Of a stretch of DNA of 63,960 nucleotides, positions 24,530-37,756 are shown piece after piece. The DNA comes from Chara braunii (lineage: Eukaryota > Plantae > Charophyceae). Position 1 is the stretch's first letter. Every line of letters starts with the position of its first letter. The DNA lies in contig BFEA01000016.1 of NCBI GenBank assembly GCA_003427395.1, forward strand, positions 1,520,324 to 1,584,283, in the 5' to 3' direction. The notes under the pieces were generated by a model, which worked only from the letters and a program-made list of their open reading frames with translations, had not been told where the DNA came from and did no database searches. The position numbers were made by a program, and so were the translations under genes.

Positions 24530-25230
24530 AACTCCTTTAAAGTAAGAAAATTTTGGCACCGTTTCTCATAGGAAAAGTGTCTTTCCAGAATTTACACTAA
24601 CTCAAATATGAAAAACAAAACAAACTCTAATTCTGGAAAGTCAAATTTTGTTTAACTCCCTGAATTAGCAAAAATTTGGGCAGCACTTCCTTTAGAAAGA
24701 TAGACTTCCCAGATTTATACTTAGTCAGATATGAACTCAGAAATAAGACATGAGTTCAACTAAGACAAAATTAATCTAACTCAGAAATAAGACATGAGTT
24801 CAACTAAGACAAAATTAATCTAACTTCTTAGATTTATAAAAATTTCGACAGCGCTTCCCGTAAAGAAAATGTTATTCAAAGATTCATACAAAGCTAAGTT
24901 CAGAATCTAAAATGACTTTGACTTCTCAAAGTTCAATTTTATCTAACTCCATGAATTAGCAAAAATTTGGGCAACACTCCCTTTAAAAAAAAAGACTCTC
25001 TAGATTTTTACTAAGTCATAAAGTCAGAATAAACTGGACCATGAAAAAAATAAAATATGACTAACTCCTTGGTTTTGTAGAAATTTCGGCAGCGCTTCCC
25101 GTAGAGAAAGTGACTTACCAAGATTTATACAAGACCAAGTATAATAAAAGATCCCAGAAAATGAAGAATTTGACATAAGTAAAAAAAACTTAGCTCAGAA
25201 AATGCAGGAATCGAAACTAACTCCTATGAC
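24530..25230. repeat. Degenerate about 123-bp tandem repeat inside the LTR (also 41290-41950 and 54995-55655)
   Basis: ctaactcc...aaattt.ggcagc.ct.ccc.tagaaaa recurs at about 123-bp spacing, 5-6 units. Includes an exact about 44-bp duplication near 24733-24822. Confidence 0.8.
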
Positions 25231-28200
25231 TCTAGCACGTGGCGAACAACTAAAGCAACTACCTATCAACTGACACTCAGACTACGTAGTAGTCGCATTC
25301 AGTCTCATGCAGACCAAACCACAAAGGTCAGTACTTTCACCATCCCAAAGTCAATTTATGAAACAATAGTTCACAGTCTCTCAATGATTTATCCCTTTAT
25401 ACCCAGCTTACATAGGGGATAAAGCTAGACCACCCAAACTTATGGAATATGTCTAGCTCAACCATTGAGTATACACAAACGCATGACACAACAACTTTTC
25501 TCTTCTTTGAGCATATGACTAGGCCAACCTAGTCGCCCTGAACTGTTTAAGTATCCCAATTTTATATAATTATTTGCACTTAGTCTTTTGAGGTAGGATA
25601 TAACTGAACCGATCATCTTTAGCTCAAGATTCAGCCTGCCCCTTCGTACCATAAGTTTATTCTTAATTAGTACTCTCTTCAGTTGGTATAAGCTATAGTC
25701 AGACCACCCAAACTTATAGAAACCTGTCTGACTAGCCTGTTCATAAGTAAGATAGTAATAAAGTATAGTCAAGTTATAGCCTTCTGGTTTAAGCATGTGA
25801 GTGGCGTTGGACCAAAACCACCCAAACTTACGGAACATGTCTTCGTCCTCAACCTGGTTCATTTCTTCTAAAACCAAAGCAGGAAGAGGCTGAGCTGCCA
25901 AAAATTTTGGAACATGTTCAGACCTCCTCGTTCAGAAACTAAAGAAACTGAAAGAAACCCGAAGTAAACCAGACGACCAAGCCACCCAAACTTATGGAAC
26001 ATGCTTGGTCCCTGAAACTCAATCACATTCAGCCCTCACAAGTCAGAGCAACTAGACCACCCAAACTTATGGAACATGTCTGGTTCTCCAGGCAATTCAA
26101 AATAAACAGAGCACTGCGCCTCCCCAAACTTATGGAGACTTGTCCAACCTTTGATATACCCAGTCAGACACAAGCAATACAACCCTTCTCCAATCCTTCC
26201 CCCATATGCAATCCCACAATCTGCTTTAAGTCAAACAATAAAACTGAAACTGATATTGCACATACACTCCTTTACTTAGTCTGGTTATATCCTGAAAGTC
26301 AAGCTGAAAAGTCAAAGTAGGGCCATGAAGTATACTTAGTCAAAGCATAGCAAGGGGTGCAGTTAAGGGTTATAACTGGGTTGATAGAAGGAGATGAAAG
26401 GTTACCTCTCAATTCTCCTCCTGAGTTCCGGCAGAGCTCCCGCAATCGGTGGGCTGACTCCCCACAGAGTCTTGCTGCGGTCCTACGGGTTGCAATCCCG
26501 CCTGCCGCCTTCCTCTCAGAACTGGACTAGACTTAGAGTAAGAAGGGCAAAAGTAAGGGGTCTGAGACTCTCGAGATACAAGAGGGAGACTGACTCAACT
26601 CCCAGTAGAGGGCCTTGTTTCCTTCATGCGCCTGAGGGCCCCACAATGGTAGCCAAGACACGTATCAGTTTGGTCAAAGCTGGAGTCAACTGCCGAAGTC
26701 AACCCTTTGACGACCTCTTAGTTCACAGCAATAACCCCCTTCGCAAGCTTGATCATACCACCTAGTTCCATTACCTCCATCTCAGACAGCACCGCCGCGC
26801 TCAATAGTGCACACCTCCCTTACACTTTATCCGGATGTTGGCGATGCATAGCAATGCACAGCAAGACGCAGCCTCCTTTAATCAACTGTAGTCAAGCTGC
26901 CACAATAAGTTCCGCTGCAGGGCATAGCCACACTATCCTTTTACAATTCCCCAAAGCCGCGCAGCCCAATGTCTCCTGTACCCAAACAATCTTGATTGCA
27001 TTCCGACTTCTCGCAACAAGTCATGACCGACAGATGATGCCCCTTCCTGTAAGTGCTTCCTCCTTCTCTGTGCTAGTGCTTCCTCCTTCTCTGTGCTCAA
27101 GCTTATCTCCCTAACATGCAGTATCTGAGTTCCTAACCGGATCTTGACTCGACCTCGGCCAGACACGGGTAGCTCAAGGAGAGTTTAGAAACACTCCTTC
27201 TGGAGGTTGGGGTAGGCTACACGACTTGGTTCTACTAGCCCATTTACAGCCCCACAGTGCAATGTGCGCACAGTTAGACGCACACGGCCTATTCTGTGAC
27301 ACATGGGGCAACGATCAGTCACAGGGAGCTATGGCCAGAGTGCTCGTAGGCACACCACGCCAACAGCTAACCCCTCAGTCTCGTTGCTGGCTTCGCTCTG
27401 CTTCTACTAGTCTGGATGGGCAACGCACAGTTGACAGGTGGACTTCCTGGTGCTGTCAGTCCATATCATGCCGCTTCGTTCAAGGAACAGGGCAACACAC
27501 CGGTATACATGTAAGTCTGCAAATCTCGCCACCGATTTTTTAGTTGCTGCAGTATATCAGCCGAACAGGTAAGTCTACACCTCTGCTTTCTCACTTTTGT
27601 TCACCCCTTTTTTTGCTTCCCACTCCCTACTGGTAGTTCGCCCGTCCTTTCAAATCTGCTCAGTCAAAGATGCAAACTGTGCCGCTTCTCCGTTGTTGCC
27701 CCTACTGCTCAGCACTGTTGCTTCAAGCTTCGGTTCATCATGTATCTCCAACTCGCCTTTCGAGGTAAGCCCTCTTTCCCTCTCTCTCTCGATTATAGTC
27801 ATGCAAGCTGGTACTTCTCACAAAGGCTTAACCAAAAAAAGTAACTACCGCTATGAATGGGCAAATCCCCCCCCCTTCTCCGCTCCTTTTGCGGTTCGTT
27901 GCGGCTTTCAGCGCATGAGCACACTTAGCTATCGAGCCCGCCCCGGTTCGCTCCAAGCCAGCCAAACTGAGGTAGCGAGCAGAAGAGAACCTGAAAGTAT
28001 AGGCAAAGTAAGGATCGAAATGAACACAAGGATAAGTAACGTAGTCACCCGGTTGGAACCCCCGACTCACCACCTCCTTCCACTCGATTTCATCAAAGAT
28101 CGAGCGCGACCTCGACTTTCTTCCCTCATCACTTCTTCATCCCCCATAGCTTCTTGCAGTCATCTCCCTTCCCACTTATTCCCAACTTACTAACTCTTCC

Positions 28201-28998
28201 ACCACTAAAACCCTTCTTCAGGCTCGTCTATACCACGTGGTTCACCCTCCCATCAAGCATGCTGAGGGAGGATGAATCTTCCCCAAAACATGGGAAGTTT
28301 CTTGCTACCTTTCAACCCGACCATCCATTTGGGCGCAGCCCCACCTGTTGTGTCTCGAAAAATGCCTACTAACACCGAAAACCAACTTCACAGTCTAACT
28401 CGGCTTCCTCCAAAACATCGGATTCGGGTTTTATCTTGCCGGAATCCGTTAAGGAACGGGAGCGCACGATCTCGTTCCTTCTCTTCCTTCGTCACCTCTC
28501 TCGCACTATATATTCTAAAAAGCTCCTTCTACACTAACTGTCGCGTGAATCTAACTCCGAATCCGGATGCGCGCGCCCCAAAACTCTGGACTCCGGCTCT
28601 TACCGCAGCAAAATCCACGGTGGATCGGCCGCAGAGGTGGCAACTGGTATTTTTTGGAATACCTTTACCTTACCTACCCACACCCTTTTAGAAAACTAAC
28701 CACCCATACCCACTGTATACATGGCATATATGACCTTTACCCACCCTTACCCACCCCCCCAAAAAAAAAGTGTACCCATACCTGCCCTACCTGATCCCCT
28801 TCATACTGTAACTGCCCATAACTGTCCATGGACTTTCTTTTTGAAAAGTACAAGTACCCATGACCACCCGTACCCAAACCTTGTATTAACCACCTGTACC
28901 CTACCCAACCAATTTGTTTTTCAACCCTACCCACCTGTACCCACCCACAATTGTATGCACCCACATGTAACCATCCGCACTTGTGACCCGCCCTCCCC

Positions 28999-29270
28999 TA
29001 ACTGCCCCTAACTGTCTCCAACCACCCCTACCCAACCCTAACTGTCCCCAACCATCCCTACCCACCCCTAACTGTCCTCAACCATCCCTAACCGCCCCTA
29101 ACTGTCCCCAACCATCCCTAACCGCCCCTAACTGTCCCCAACCATCCCTAACCGCCCCTAACTGTCCCCAACNATCCCTAACCGCCCCTAACTGTCCCCA
29201 ATCTCCCCTAACCGCCCCTAACTGTCCCCAATCACCTCTAACTTCTCGTAACTATCCCCAACTGTCCCCA
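28999..29270. repeat. 30-bp minisatellite (ctaactgtccccaaccatccctaaccgccc)
   Basis: About 9 tandem units in the hAT subterminal region. Confidence 0.92.
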
Positions 29271-29527
29271 ATCACCTCTGAAAACTCAGCAAACATGCGG
29301 GATTCTCAGCAAAGCATCCATTCCATCAGCAAAGTTCACAGATCAGCTACATGTTCTTGTCCGTGTTTGGGCAGGTCCTTACATTTGCAATTTTCTTTTT
29401 TTTGTCCAAATGATATATATATTTTTTATGGGATCCTTGCACATAACGCGGTACACCCCCATTTTTGTTGGTCTACCGGGCCCAGGCTCAACGAATTTTT
29501 TTTTCTGCCCGATGGCTTTTCCCACCA

Positions 29528-29806
29528 TCCAGACCAGCACTCAGTTCATCACTCACACTTGCACGTGGACAAGCACTCAGACCAACACTCAAGCCAACAC
29601 TCAGACCAGCACTAAGACCAGCACTACCAGCACTCAGACCCGCACTCGGACCAGCACTCCGACCAACACTTGGAACAGCACTCGAACCAGCACTTAGACG
29701 AGCACTCGGACCGACACTCAGACCAACACTACCAACACTCAAACCAGCACACAAACCAACACTCAGACCAGCACTCAGATAAACACTCCGACCAACACTC
29801 AGACAA
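29528..29806. repeat. 12-bp minisatellite (cagaccagcact)
   Basis: About 20 degenerate units. Confidence 0.9.
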
Positions 29807-30071
29807 ATATAAAAAATAGAAAAAAGATTAACAGAACAAATATGAAATCCACCATTGCACTAGAGGAACAATCGAAAGCAAGAAATAAAATTTGTCTCTT
29901 ACAAAATCGAGAAAATAAAAATTAGAGAAAAATGTTATTTTTTACCGAATTTGTAAATCTGCAGAATTACAACTCCCATATCAAGTGCCCAGAAGATAGT
30001 CACCTGCAAAAACTATTCCAGTTATGTCAGGCAAACGGAAGCCTCCAAACAATGCAAAGCTACAACACACA

Positions 30072-32273
30072 TCACGACAGCACGTCGTAGTTCGAGCGAA
30101 CACAAAGGACATCATCGACAATGAACGGATTAAGTTGATTTCTTTTCTTCGTGACGATGTTCCCTGCATCGGAGAAATTGCATTCGCTCTTCGAACTCGA
30201 TGCGGGAACACACAAAATCGCACGAGCAGCACGCGCCATGATCGGTAAAGGCGGGATCAACAACTGGTTCTCTTCCTTTTTTACGACAGTCCCCTTCGCC
30301 TTCCACCACACAAGTATGTCGAACTTGTGTTTCTCTTCTTTTGTCAAATTCAAGCTGAAGTAGAATTCCAACTCCTTTTTTATACGCTGCGGCAACGTCA
30401 ACGGCCTAGTTCGAGCGATGGGCAAGTCCTCCTCCTCGTCTTCGTCCGTACTGCACAATATGAACTCGTCAGGGATCTCTTTCTCGGGTGCTTTCTTCCT
30501 CTTTTTTGTTGGCCGCTTTCCCTCCGCTGCAACATGTTCTTCTCTTGGCTCAACGCTCGAGTCCTTGACATTGTACATGAACTCTTGCAAACAGCTCTTC
30601 CCTCGCTCAACCTCGGCTTCCGACAAACCGAAACGTTCCAACCTCTCCTTCTGCCGCGGATCAAGCAAAGCTGCGGCAATGTGAAGATCCTCCAATATTC
30701 ACTTCTCCCGCAGCACATCCTTAATCAACATCTTGATGGCTGCAATGTCGTCGTTGTCGGATGGAATGGTGAACTTGTTGCCCTCGGCATCCTCGTCGTT
30801 GTATGGCTCGTTACGAGGTTTGCAATACTCCGAAAGGGCACTCTGCTCAAATGACACAAGGTGTATTGTCGGCTCCAAGTACTGCTCCAACTTCAGTGTG
30901 ACAGTCTGGAATCGTCTCAAGAATCGCACCAGATCTGCGAGCGAGGTCTTGTCGATCCTTATGACGAGGAACTGTTTGTTGGCTTGCCGATTAATGTTGG
31001 CAAACCTGGAGAGCACAGTTGTAACCTCATCATAACTGTCCAAAATACTATTCAGTGAAATCAGTAAAGAGTTCCACCGCGTCACGTTTTCTTGCTTCAA
31101 CGTCTTGCTCAGACTGTTCTGCAAGTTTGCTTGTTTGAAATATCGAATCAACTCTTTCGAGTTGTCGATCATTTCAAACAAGTGTGGTGCAAACTCGTGA
31201 TATCTGTAGAATGGCGACGAGCGAACTCCGTCTGTTGTGGTTGAAGTTTTGTTGAAGACGGTTGTTAGTACCGTCGCAATTTTATGGTCTGCGCCGACAA
31301 TCCACTTGTAAATTTTTCGGATTCCTTCTGTTGCGGCCATGTTTGAGCGACTGTCTGTACACACAACACACCTGTCAGATTCTTTGCATCCAAACTCATG
31401 AAGGGCATCTTCAAACGCCTTGAGAACAACCGACCCTATATGCGATTCCTCTTGGAAAACTTTGACGTGCAAATTGCGCACATGCAATTTGAAATTGCGA
31501 TCGATGTAGTGCATTGTGACAGACATGAACAATTTTTTTTTCACTCCGTCTGTCCACATGTCCGTTGTGAAGCCTGCGTGCTCACCATCATTGAAATGGT
31601 CCTGCACCAGTTCTCTCACCTTCTCATGGACAGTGGATGTTGTCTCAACAACATGACGTTTCACTATGTTGCGGACACTCATCACCTTCCCCATTTGCAT
31701 GGACTTACCCACTACTACGCCCATATCGTACGCCTCCTGCACAACCTCTAATAACCCTGGTCCTCTGCTACGGTGAACGACCGCAAATCTTTGCAGTACC
31801 ACATGACAACCTTTTTGGCCATCCTGTTCTTTTGAGCTGCTGTGGGCTCGACAGAGGTAGCAAACAGGCACATGAGGCCTGCCCCCTCCGGTTCCTTGCG
31901 ACACGTATGCTGTCGCAAGGTGCTTCTCCCGTGCGAGGTAGTGAACGCATACACTCTGAGACAGTCTACAAGCTACATATCCGATGCAGTGTTTTTGCAC
32001 AGGAGCACCATTAGGAAAACAAACATGGGCGAACGATTTTCAAACGCCGGAAATGTTCTCCAACTCGTCTTTTATAATATATGGAGGGTTGAGTCCTCCT
32101 TTTTTGAGTGCTGTGTGAATTGTCAGTTTCAAATTTTTCATATCACTGGTCTTCGCAGACGAGCCTGCTGTCCCGGTGCTTTTGTCCTGCGATTTTAACG
32201 CATCTTTCCGTTTGGGGTCAGACATGTCGGAATTGTCGGATGAGCTGAACCCCTCATGTGAAGACGGCTCCAT
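30072..32273 (-). pseudogene. hAT transposase (Hermes/Ac-like), disrupted
   Basis: BED-finger remnant (GYVACRL...STLRQHTC), KDLRSFTVAEDQG, FTTDMWTD, VCTDSRSNM, QENVTRWNS, dimerisation domain DILVWWK...VPASSSKSECNFSDAG. Frameshifts near 32040, 31950 and 31750, and an in-frame stop at 30699. Confidence 0.93.
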
Positions 32274-32717
32274 CGCGGTGCGTCGGATTCGCAGTGGATG
32301 GGAAGTCGGGAACTGACTCAGCGAGTGCGGGCTCTTTGCTGCGAGTCACAGACCGTAGTTACTAGTCAGTTCCTACACCACTCACCTGCGAAAACTTGCA
32401 CAGGAACGGAATTACCTGCGGATGGTGAGTCTGTGACTCACGTGGACACGGCTCGGAACATCCGAAGTATCAGCAGGCCCAATAGTTCCCACTAAGCAGA
32501 CAACTTCATGAAGTTCTTTACCATCACCGTTGAAAACTTCACGAGCACGATTGCACACTGCCAAATGTCATGCACACATTGCAAAACAAACAACAGGTGT
32601 CAGTCCATGCCATGTGAACCCCCTCCTTCCGACCAACCAACCAACCAATCAACCAACCAACCAAGCAACCAAGCAACCAACCAGTCAACCAAGCAACCAA
32701 CCAGTCAACCAACCAAG

Positions 32718-32754
<37 letters not shown>

Positions 32755-32829
32755 GGCTTGCAAGAAAAAAAAAAATATTCGGAATATCGTAGGTGAGAGT
32801 ATGCGTCGTTTGAAAGCAAACGCTTGCAA

Positions 32830-33330
32830 GAGGAATTCCCGAAAATAAAAATGAATTTCAGAAAAAAAAATTCGAAATTTTTTCGAAATTGAGAAACGAA
32901 TTTTCAGAACAAATTTTGAAATTGAAAACCGAATTCAGAAATAATTTCGGAAGTGAAAACGAATTTCAGAAAGTGAAAAATGAATTTTAAAAATAATTTC
33001 AGAAATGAAAAACGAATTTTAAAAATAATTTCGGGAACGAAAAACAAATTTTGAAAAATAATTTCATAAATGAAAAACGAATTTCAGAAAGTGAAAAACG
33101 AATTTCAGAAGTGAAAACAAATTTCAGGAAGTGAAAAATGAATTTTAGAAATAATTTCGAAAATGAAAAACGAATTTCAAAAATAATTTCGGAAATGAAA
33201 AAACGAATTTCAGAATGTGAAAAACGAAATTCAGAAATAATTTCAGAAGTGAAAACGAATTTCAAAAATAATTTCGGAAATGAAAAACGAATTTCAGAAT
33301 GAATTGAAAAACGAATTTGAAAAAAATTCG
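32830..33330. repeat. AT-rich degenerate tandem repeat (gaaaaacgaatttcagaa)
   Basis: Motif repeated many times. It lies in an about 900-bp block bounded on both sides by (AATC)n. Confidence 0.85.
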
Positions 33331-33662
33331 GAATAACGGGAATTTTTGTAACGGGATAAAATCGAAACTTTTTCAAAAAAAAATTCCCGGACTTCTCTGC
33401 CGCGAAATTTTGAATTTCAGAAACACGAAAAAAAATTCAAGTAAAAACATTTCGCGGGGATGTCTCGAAATGACGGAAAGATGCAATATTCCGGTTCTTT
33501 AGCATTGAAGTTTCGAGTTCAGAAACGAAACTTTCAGATGTCCTACTATTGCGATTTACCACCAAAAAAGTTCGCGGGAAAACGAAGTCCAAAACAATTT
33601 TTTTTTCCGATTTCGGCAGTTAGGTCAAAATTTCGCGATTTGGGGACTAATTAGTATATCCT

Positions 33663-33717
<55 letters not shown>

Positions 33718-33759
33718 TGGACAATGCAAGATCAGCGCAACATCAACAAGCAATGTACG

Positions 33760-34580
33760 ACGAGGAGAGGTTGGAAAGGACGAGAAGAAGAAGAAGTGGA
33801 GGAGGAGAAGAGGAGGAGAAGAAGAGGAAGAAGAAGAGGAGGAGAAGAGGAGGAGGAGAAGACGAGGAGGAGGAGAAGAGGAGGAGAAGAAGAGGAAGAT
33901 GAAGAGGAGGAGGAGAAGAGGAGGAGGAGGAGGAGGAGAAGAGGAGGAGGAGAAGAAAAAGAAGAAGAAGGAAAGATGGCGAGGAGGAGGAGGAAAAGAA
34001 GAAGAAGAAGGAAGGATGTCGAGGAGGAGGAGGAAACGGGGAGGAGGAGAAGAAGAAGAAGGAAAGATGGCGAGGAGAAGGAAAAGATGAGGAGGGTGAG
34101 GAGGCGCAGGAGAAAAAGAAGAAGAAGAAAACGAAAAGAAGAAAAGAAAAAAACAACGGGTGTTGACGTGGCAGCCGCGCGTCGAAAACTGCACGACGAG
34201 GAGTTGGAAAGGAGGAGAAGAAGAAGAAGTGGAGGAGGAGAAGAGGAGGAGAAGAAGAGGAAGAAGAAGAGGAGGCGAAGAGGAGGAGGAGGAGGAGAAG
34301 AGGAGGAGAAAAAAAGGAAGAAGAAGAGGAGGAGGAGAAGAGGAGGAGGAGAAGAAGAAGAAGAAGAAGGAAAGATGGCGAGGAGGAGGAGGATGAGAAG
34401 AAGAAGAAGGAAGGATGGCGAGGAGGAGGAGGAGAAGGAGAGGAGGAGAAGCAGAAGAAGGAAAGATGGCGAGGAGAAGGAGGAGGAGAAGGAGAAGATG
34501 ACGAGGGTGAGGAGGCGTAGGAGAAAAAGAAGAAGAAAAAAACGAAAAGAGGAAAATAAAAAGAAAGAAAAAAAAAAGCG
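33760..34580. repeat. (GAG/GAA)n purine-rich low-complexity repeat, with a related copy at 36275-36792
   Basis: Both carry gacgtggcagccg.gcgtcgaa.actgcacgacgaggagttggaaagg and aaagatggcgagg motifs. Confidence 0.9.
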
Positions 34581-35494
34581 CACAGGGCGGTGGGGAGAAC
34601 CGGTCCACGATGGTAGCAGCAAAACGAGCTCACATGTTAGCCAATGGATTGTCGGCTATGGAGACGATGCATCTTGACGGCTGACAGTGAATAGCCTCGA
34701 CTTGTGAACGTCATCTACTGCTGCCAGTCGTTGGACGGTAATCCCTTCGGCGTCCTCCCTCTCTCTCACTGTTTGGGTGTGTGCAAGCGTGCTCTACAGA
34801 GCGGGCGGTGAGGCGGACCCGTGCTATACCACCGCAAGGACCTCACACACATGTTAGCCAATGGATTGCCCGCCTACTAAAAGAGAAATGGAAGAGGGAT
34901 TGTCGGCTATCTTGACGACGCATCTTGACTCATGTGGACGGTCGACAATCAGGCGGCTCACATGTGAGCTCATGTACTGCTGCATGTGAAGGAGAAGGAG
35001 AGCACGCATTTGGGTGTGTCTGCAGTCCTCAGAGAGCACACCTTTCCGGTTAGAAAACAGAAACCAAGTTGTTCATTTGACAAACAACAGAGCCCTATTG
35101 GCATCGCCATTTTCCTTCTTGGGAAGTAGCTCCTTCGGGGCCAGCTGGGGCAACTCCCAGTTGTCTGCATTCTCCCTTCTGGACCATAGACCATAAGGAG
35201 CGACGACCAGAGGCACAAGAATCTCGGTAAGTGGGAACCTTGCTCCTGTGCAGCTGTACTCTCCGGGAAACTGATCCGGTACTGCTACTGACATTGCTTA
35301 GGCTTGGGCTTGGGCTCGGGCTCCTATGTTGTTCCATCTACGTGAGTGCTATTGTGTTCAGGGAGAACCCGGGAAATCTGCAGCCTTCGCAAGCTCATCT
35401 TGTGGATGTGTACGAGGTAGCTGCCGGGATCTGATCATGAAATAAATATCTGCTCAGCTCAAATGGAAAATACGTCCTCGCACACAAACGCACG

Positions 35495-35552
<58 letters not shown>

Positions 35553-35708
35553 NNNNNNNNNNNNNNNNNNNNNNNNNNNNNNNNNNNNNNNNNNNNNNNN
35601 NNNNNNNNNNNNNNNNNNNNNNNNNNNNNNNNNNNNNNNNNNNNNNNNNNNNNNNNNNNNNNNNNNNNNNNNNNNNNNNNNNNNNNNNNNNNNNNNNNNN
35701 NNNNNNNN
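35553..35708. other. Assembly gap (N run)
   Basis: Run of N. Confidence 1.
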
Positions 35709-35803
35709 AAGGCATTTACCAGCCCTTCCACAATAAGCATGACATCCTTCGCACGCTCACAAACAAAATCACCGCTAGGTCCACAAGGCCGTAACCCCTG
35801 ACT

Positions 35804-35841
35804 CTGTCTCTTATACACATCTAGATGTGTATAAGAGACAG
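35804..35841. other. Nextera mate-pair junction adapter (artifact)
   Basis: Exact CTGTCTCTTATACACATCT+AGATGTGTATAAGAGACAG (Tn5 mosaic ends). Confidence 0.99.
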
Positions 35842-36792
35842 ACGTTACCTACCGGGCCTGTCTCTCCGAAGGAATCATATGCTGCGAGTGCTCTATCGTC
35901 TTCTACAGCTCCGTTTCCTCGGGTGTCTCCCATTTTCCACCTACCGTTGGGCATGGAGATCTGTAGTACTTGCTTGACATCGCATAAGGGGACGTTATTA
36001 CCAGCCCGATTGTCAGCCAGTCTGCCCAATCGAGCTTCCGCGACACCCCTGAATTGGGATCCCAAGCGATCTATTGTCTTCGACGATCGCACCCTCGATG
36101 CATTTCGCTCCGGCGATATGAATGGATGGTGTCGATCTGTTCTGGTCTCTGCAGAGCATGCCACGTCATCGGTTTTCCCGGCGGAGTTCCCATCCAAGGG
36201 GGCACGTGGAGGCTGCGGCTGCGAAGAAGAGGGGGTCTCAAAGGCAAGGGGAAACCTTCGGTGTGGGAAACCTTCGGAGGAGGAGGAGAAGAAGAAGAAG
36301 AAGGAAGGATGGCGAGGAGGAGGAGGAGAAGGGGAGGAGGAGAAGAAGAAGAAGAAGGAAAGATGGCGAGGAGAAGGAGGAGGAGAAGGAGAAGATGACG
36401 AGGGTGAGGAGGCGTAGGAGAAACAGAAGAAGAAAACGAAAAGAAGAAAAGAAGAGAAAAAAGAAAAAAAAAGCGCGTGCTGACGTGGCAGCCGTGCGTC
36501 GAATACTGCACGACGAGGAGTTGGAAAGGAGGAGAAGAAGAAGTGGAGGAGAAGAGGAGGAGAAGAAGAGGAAGAAGAAGAGGAGGAGAAGAGGAGGAGA
36601 AGAGGAGGAGGAGGAGGAGGACAAGAGGAGGAGGAGAAGCAGAAGAAGAAGAAGAAGAAGGAAAGATGGCGAGGAGGAGGAGGAGGAGAAGAGGAGGAGA
36701 AGAAGAAGAAGGAAAGATGACGAGGAGGAGGAGGAGAAGGGGAGGAGGAGAAGAAGAAGAAGAAGAAGGAAAGATGGCGAGGAGGAGGAGGA

Positions 36793-36828
36793 GTCTCTTA
36801 TACACATCTAGATGTGTATAAGAGACAG
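36793..36828. other. Nextera mate-pair junction adapter (artifact)
   Basis: GTCTCTTATACACATCTAGATGTGTATAAGAGACAG. Confidence 0.99.
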
Positions 36829-36911
36829 CCCGCAATCGGTGGGCTGACTCCCCACAGAGTCTTGCTGCGGTCCTACGGGTTGCAATCCCGCCTGCCGCCT
36901 TCCTCTCAGAA

Positions 36912-37678
36912 NNNNNNNNNNNNNNNNNNNNNNNNNNNNNNNNNNNNNNNNNNNNNNNNNNNNNNNNNNNNNNNNNNNNNNNNNNNNNNNNNNNNNNNNN
37001 NNNNNNNNNNNNNNNNNNNNNNNNNNNNNNNNNNNNNNNNNNNNNNNNNNNNNNNNNNNNNNNNNNNNNNNNNNNNNNNNNNNNNNNNNNNNNNNNNNNN
37101 NNNNNNNNNNNNNNNNNNNNNNNNNNNNNNNNNNNNNNNNNNNNNNNNNNNNNNNNNNNNNNNNNNNNNNNNNNNNNNNNNNNNNNNNNNNNNNNNNNNN
37201 NNNNNNNNNNNNNNNNNNNNNNNNNNNNNNNNNNNNNNNNNNNNNNNNNNNNNNNNNNNNNNNNNNNNNNNNNNNNNNNNNNNNNNNNNNNNNNNNNNNN
37301 NNNNNNNNNNNNNNNNNNNNNNNNNNNNNNNNNNNNNNNNNNNNNNNNNNNNNNNNNNNNNNNNNNNNNNNNNNNNNNNNNNNNNNNNNNNNNNNNNNNN
37401 NNNNNNNNNNNNNNNNNNNNNNNNNNNNNNNNNNNNNNNNNNNNNNNNNNNNNNNNNNNNNNNNNNNNNNNNNNNNNNNNNNNNNNNNNNNNNNNNNNNN
37501 NNNNNNNNNNNNNNNNNNNNNNNNNNNNNNNNNNNNNNNNNNNNNNNNNNNNNNNNNNNNNNNNNNNNNNNNNNNNNNNNNNNNNNNNNNNNNNNNNNNN
37601 NNNNNNNNNNNNNNNNNNNNNNNNNNNNNNNNNNNNNNNNNNNNNNNNNNNNNNNNNNNNNNNNNNNNNNNNNNNNNN
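36912..37678. other. Assembly gap (N run)
   Basis: Run of N. Confidence 1.
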
Positions 37679-37686
37679 GCTGACAC

Positions 37687-37756
<70 letters not shown>

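Noticed and set aside
28999-29270. Telomeric repeat (ccctaa within units)
   Set aside because: CCCTAA is embedded in a 30-bp hAT subterminal minisatellite, not a tandem telomere array.
32754-33661. Mutator-like element between (AATC)n tracts
   Set aside because: The right end looks TIR-like (GGATATACTAATTAGTCCCC) but there is no matching left TIR, and a TSD is unresolvable within the microsatellite.
33709-34677. About 300-aa ORFs on both strands (poly-R/E or poly-L/S/F)
   Set aside because: Translations of (GAG/GAA)n low-complexity DNA lacking stops.
35804-36828. Tn5/IS50-like composite transposon or horizontal transfer
   Set aside because: Exact synthetic mosaic ends in junction-adapter arrangement, with flanks copied from 10-12 kb away.
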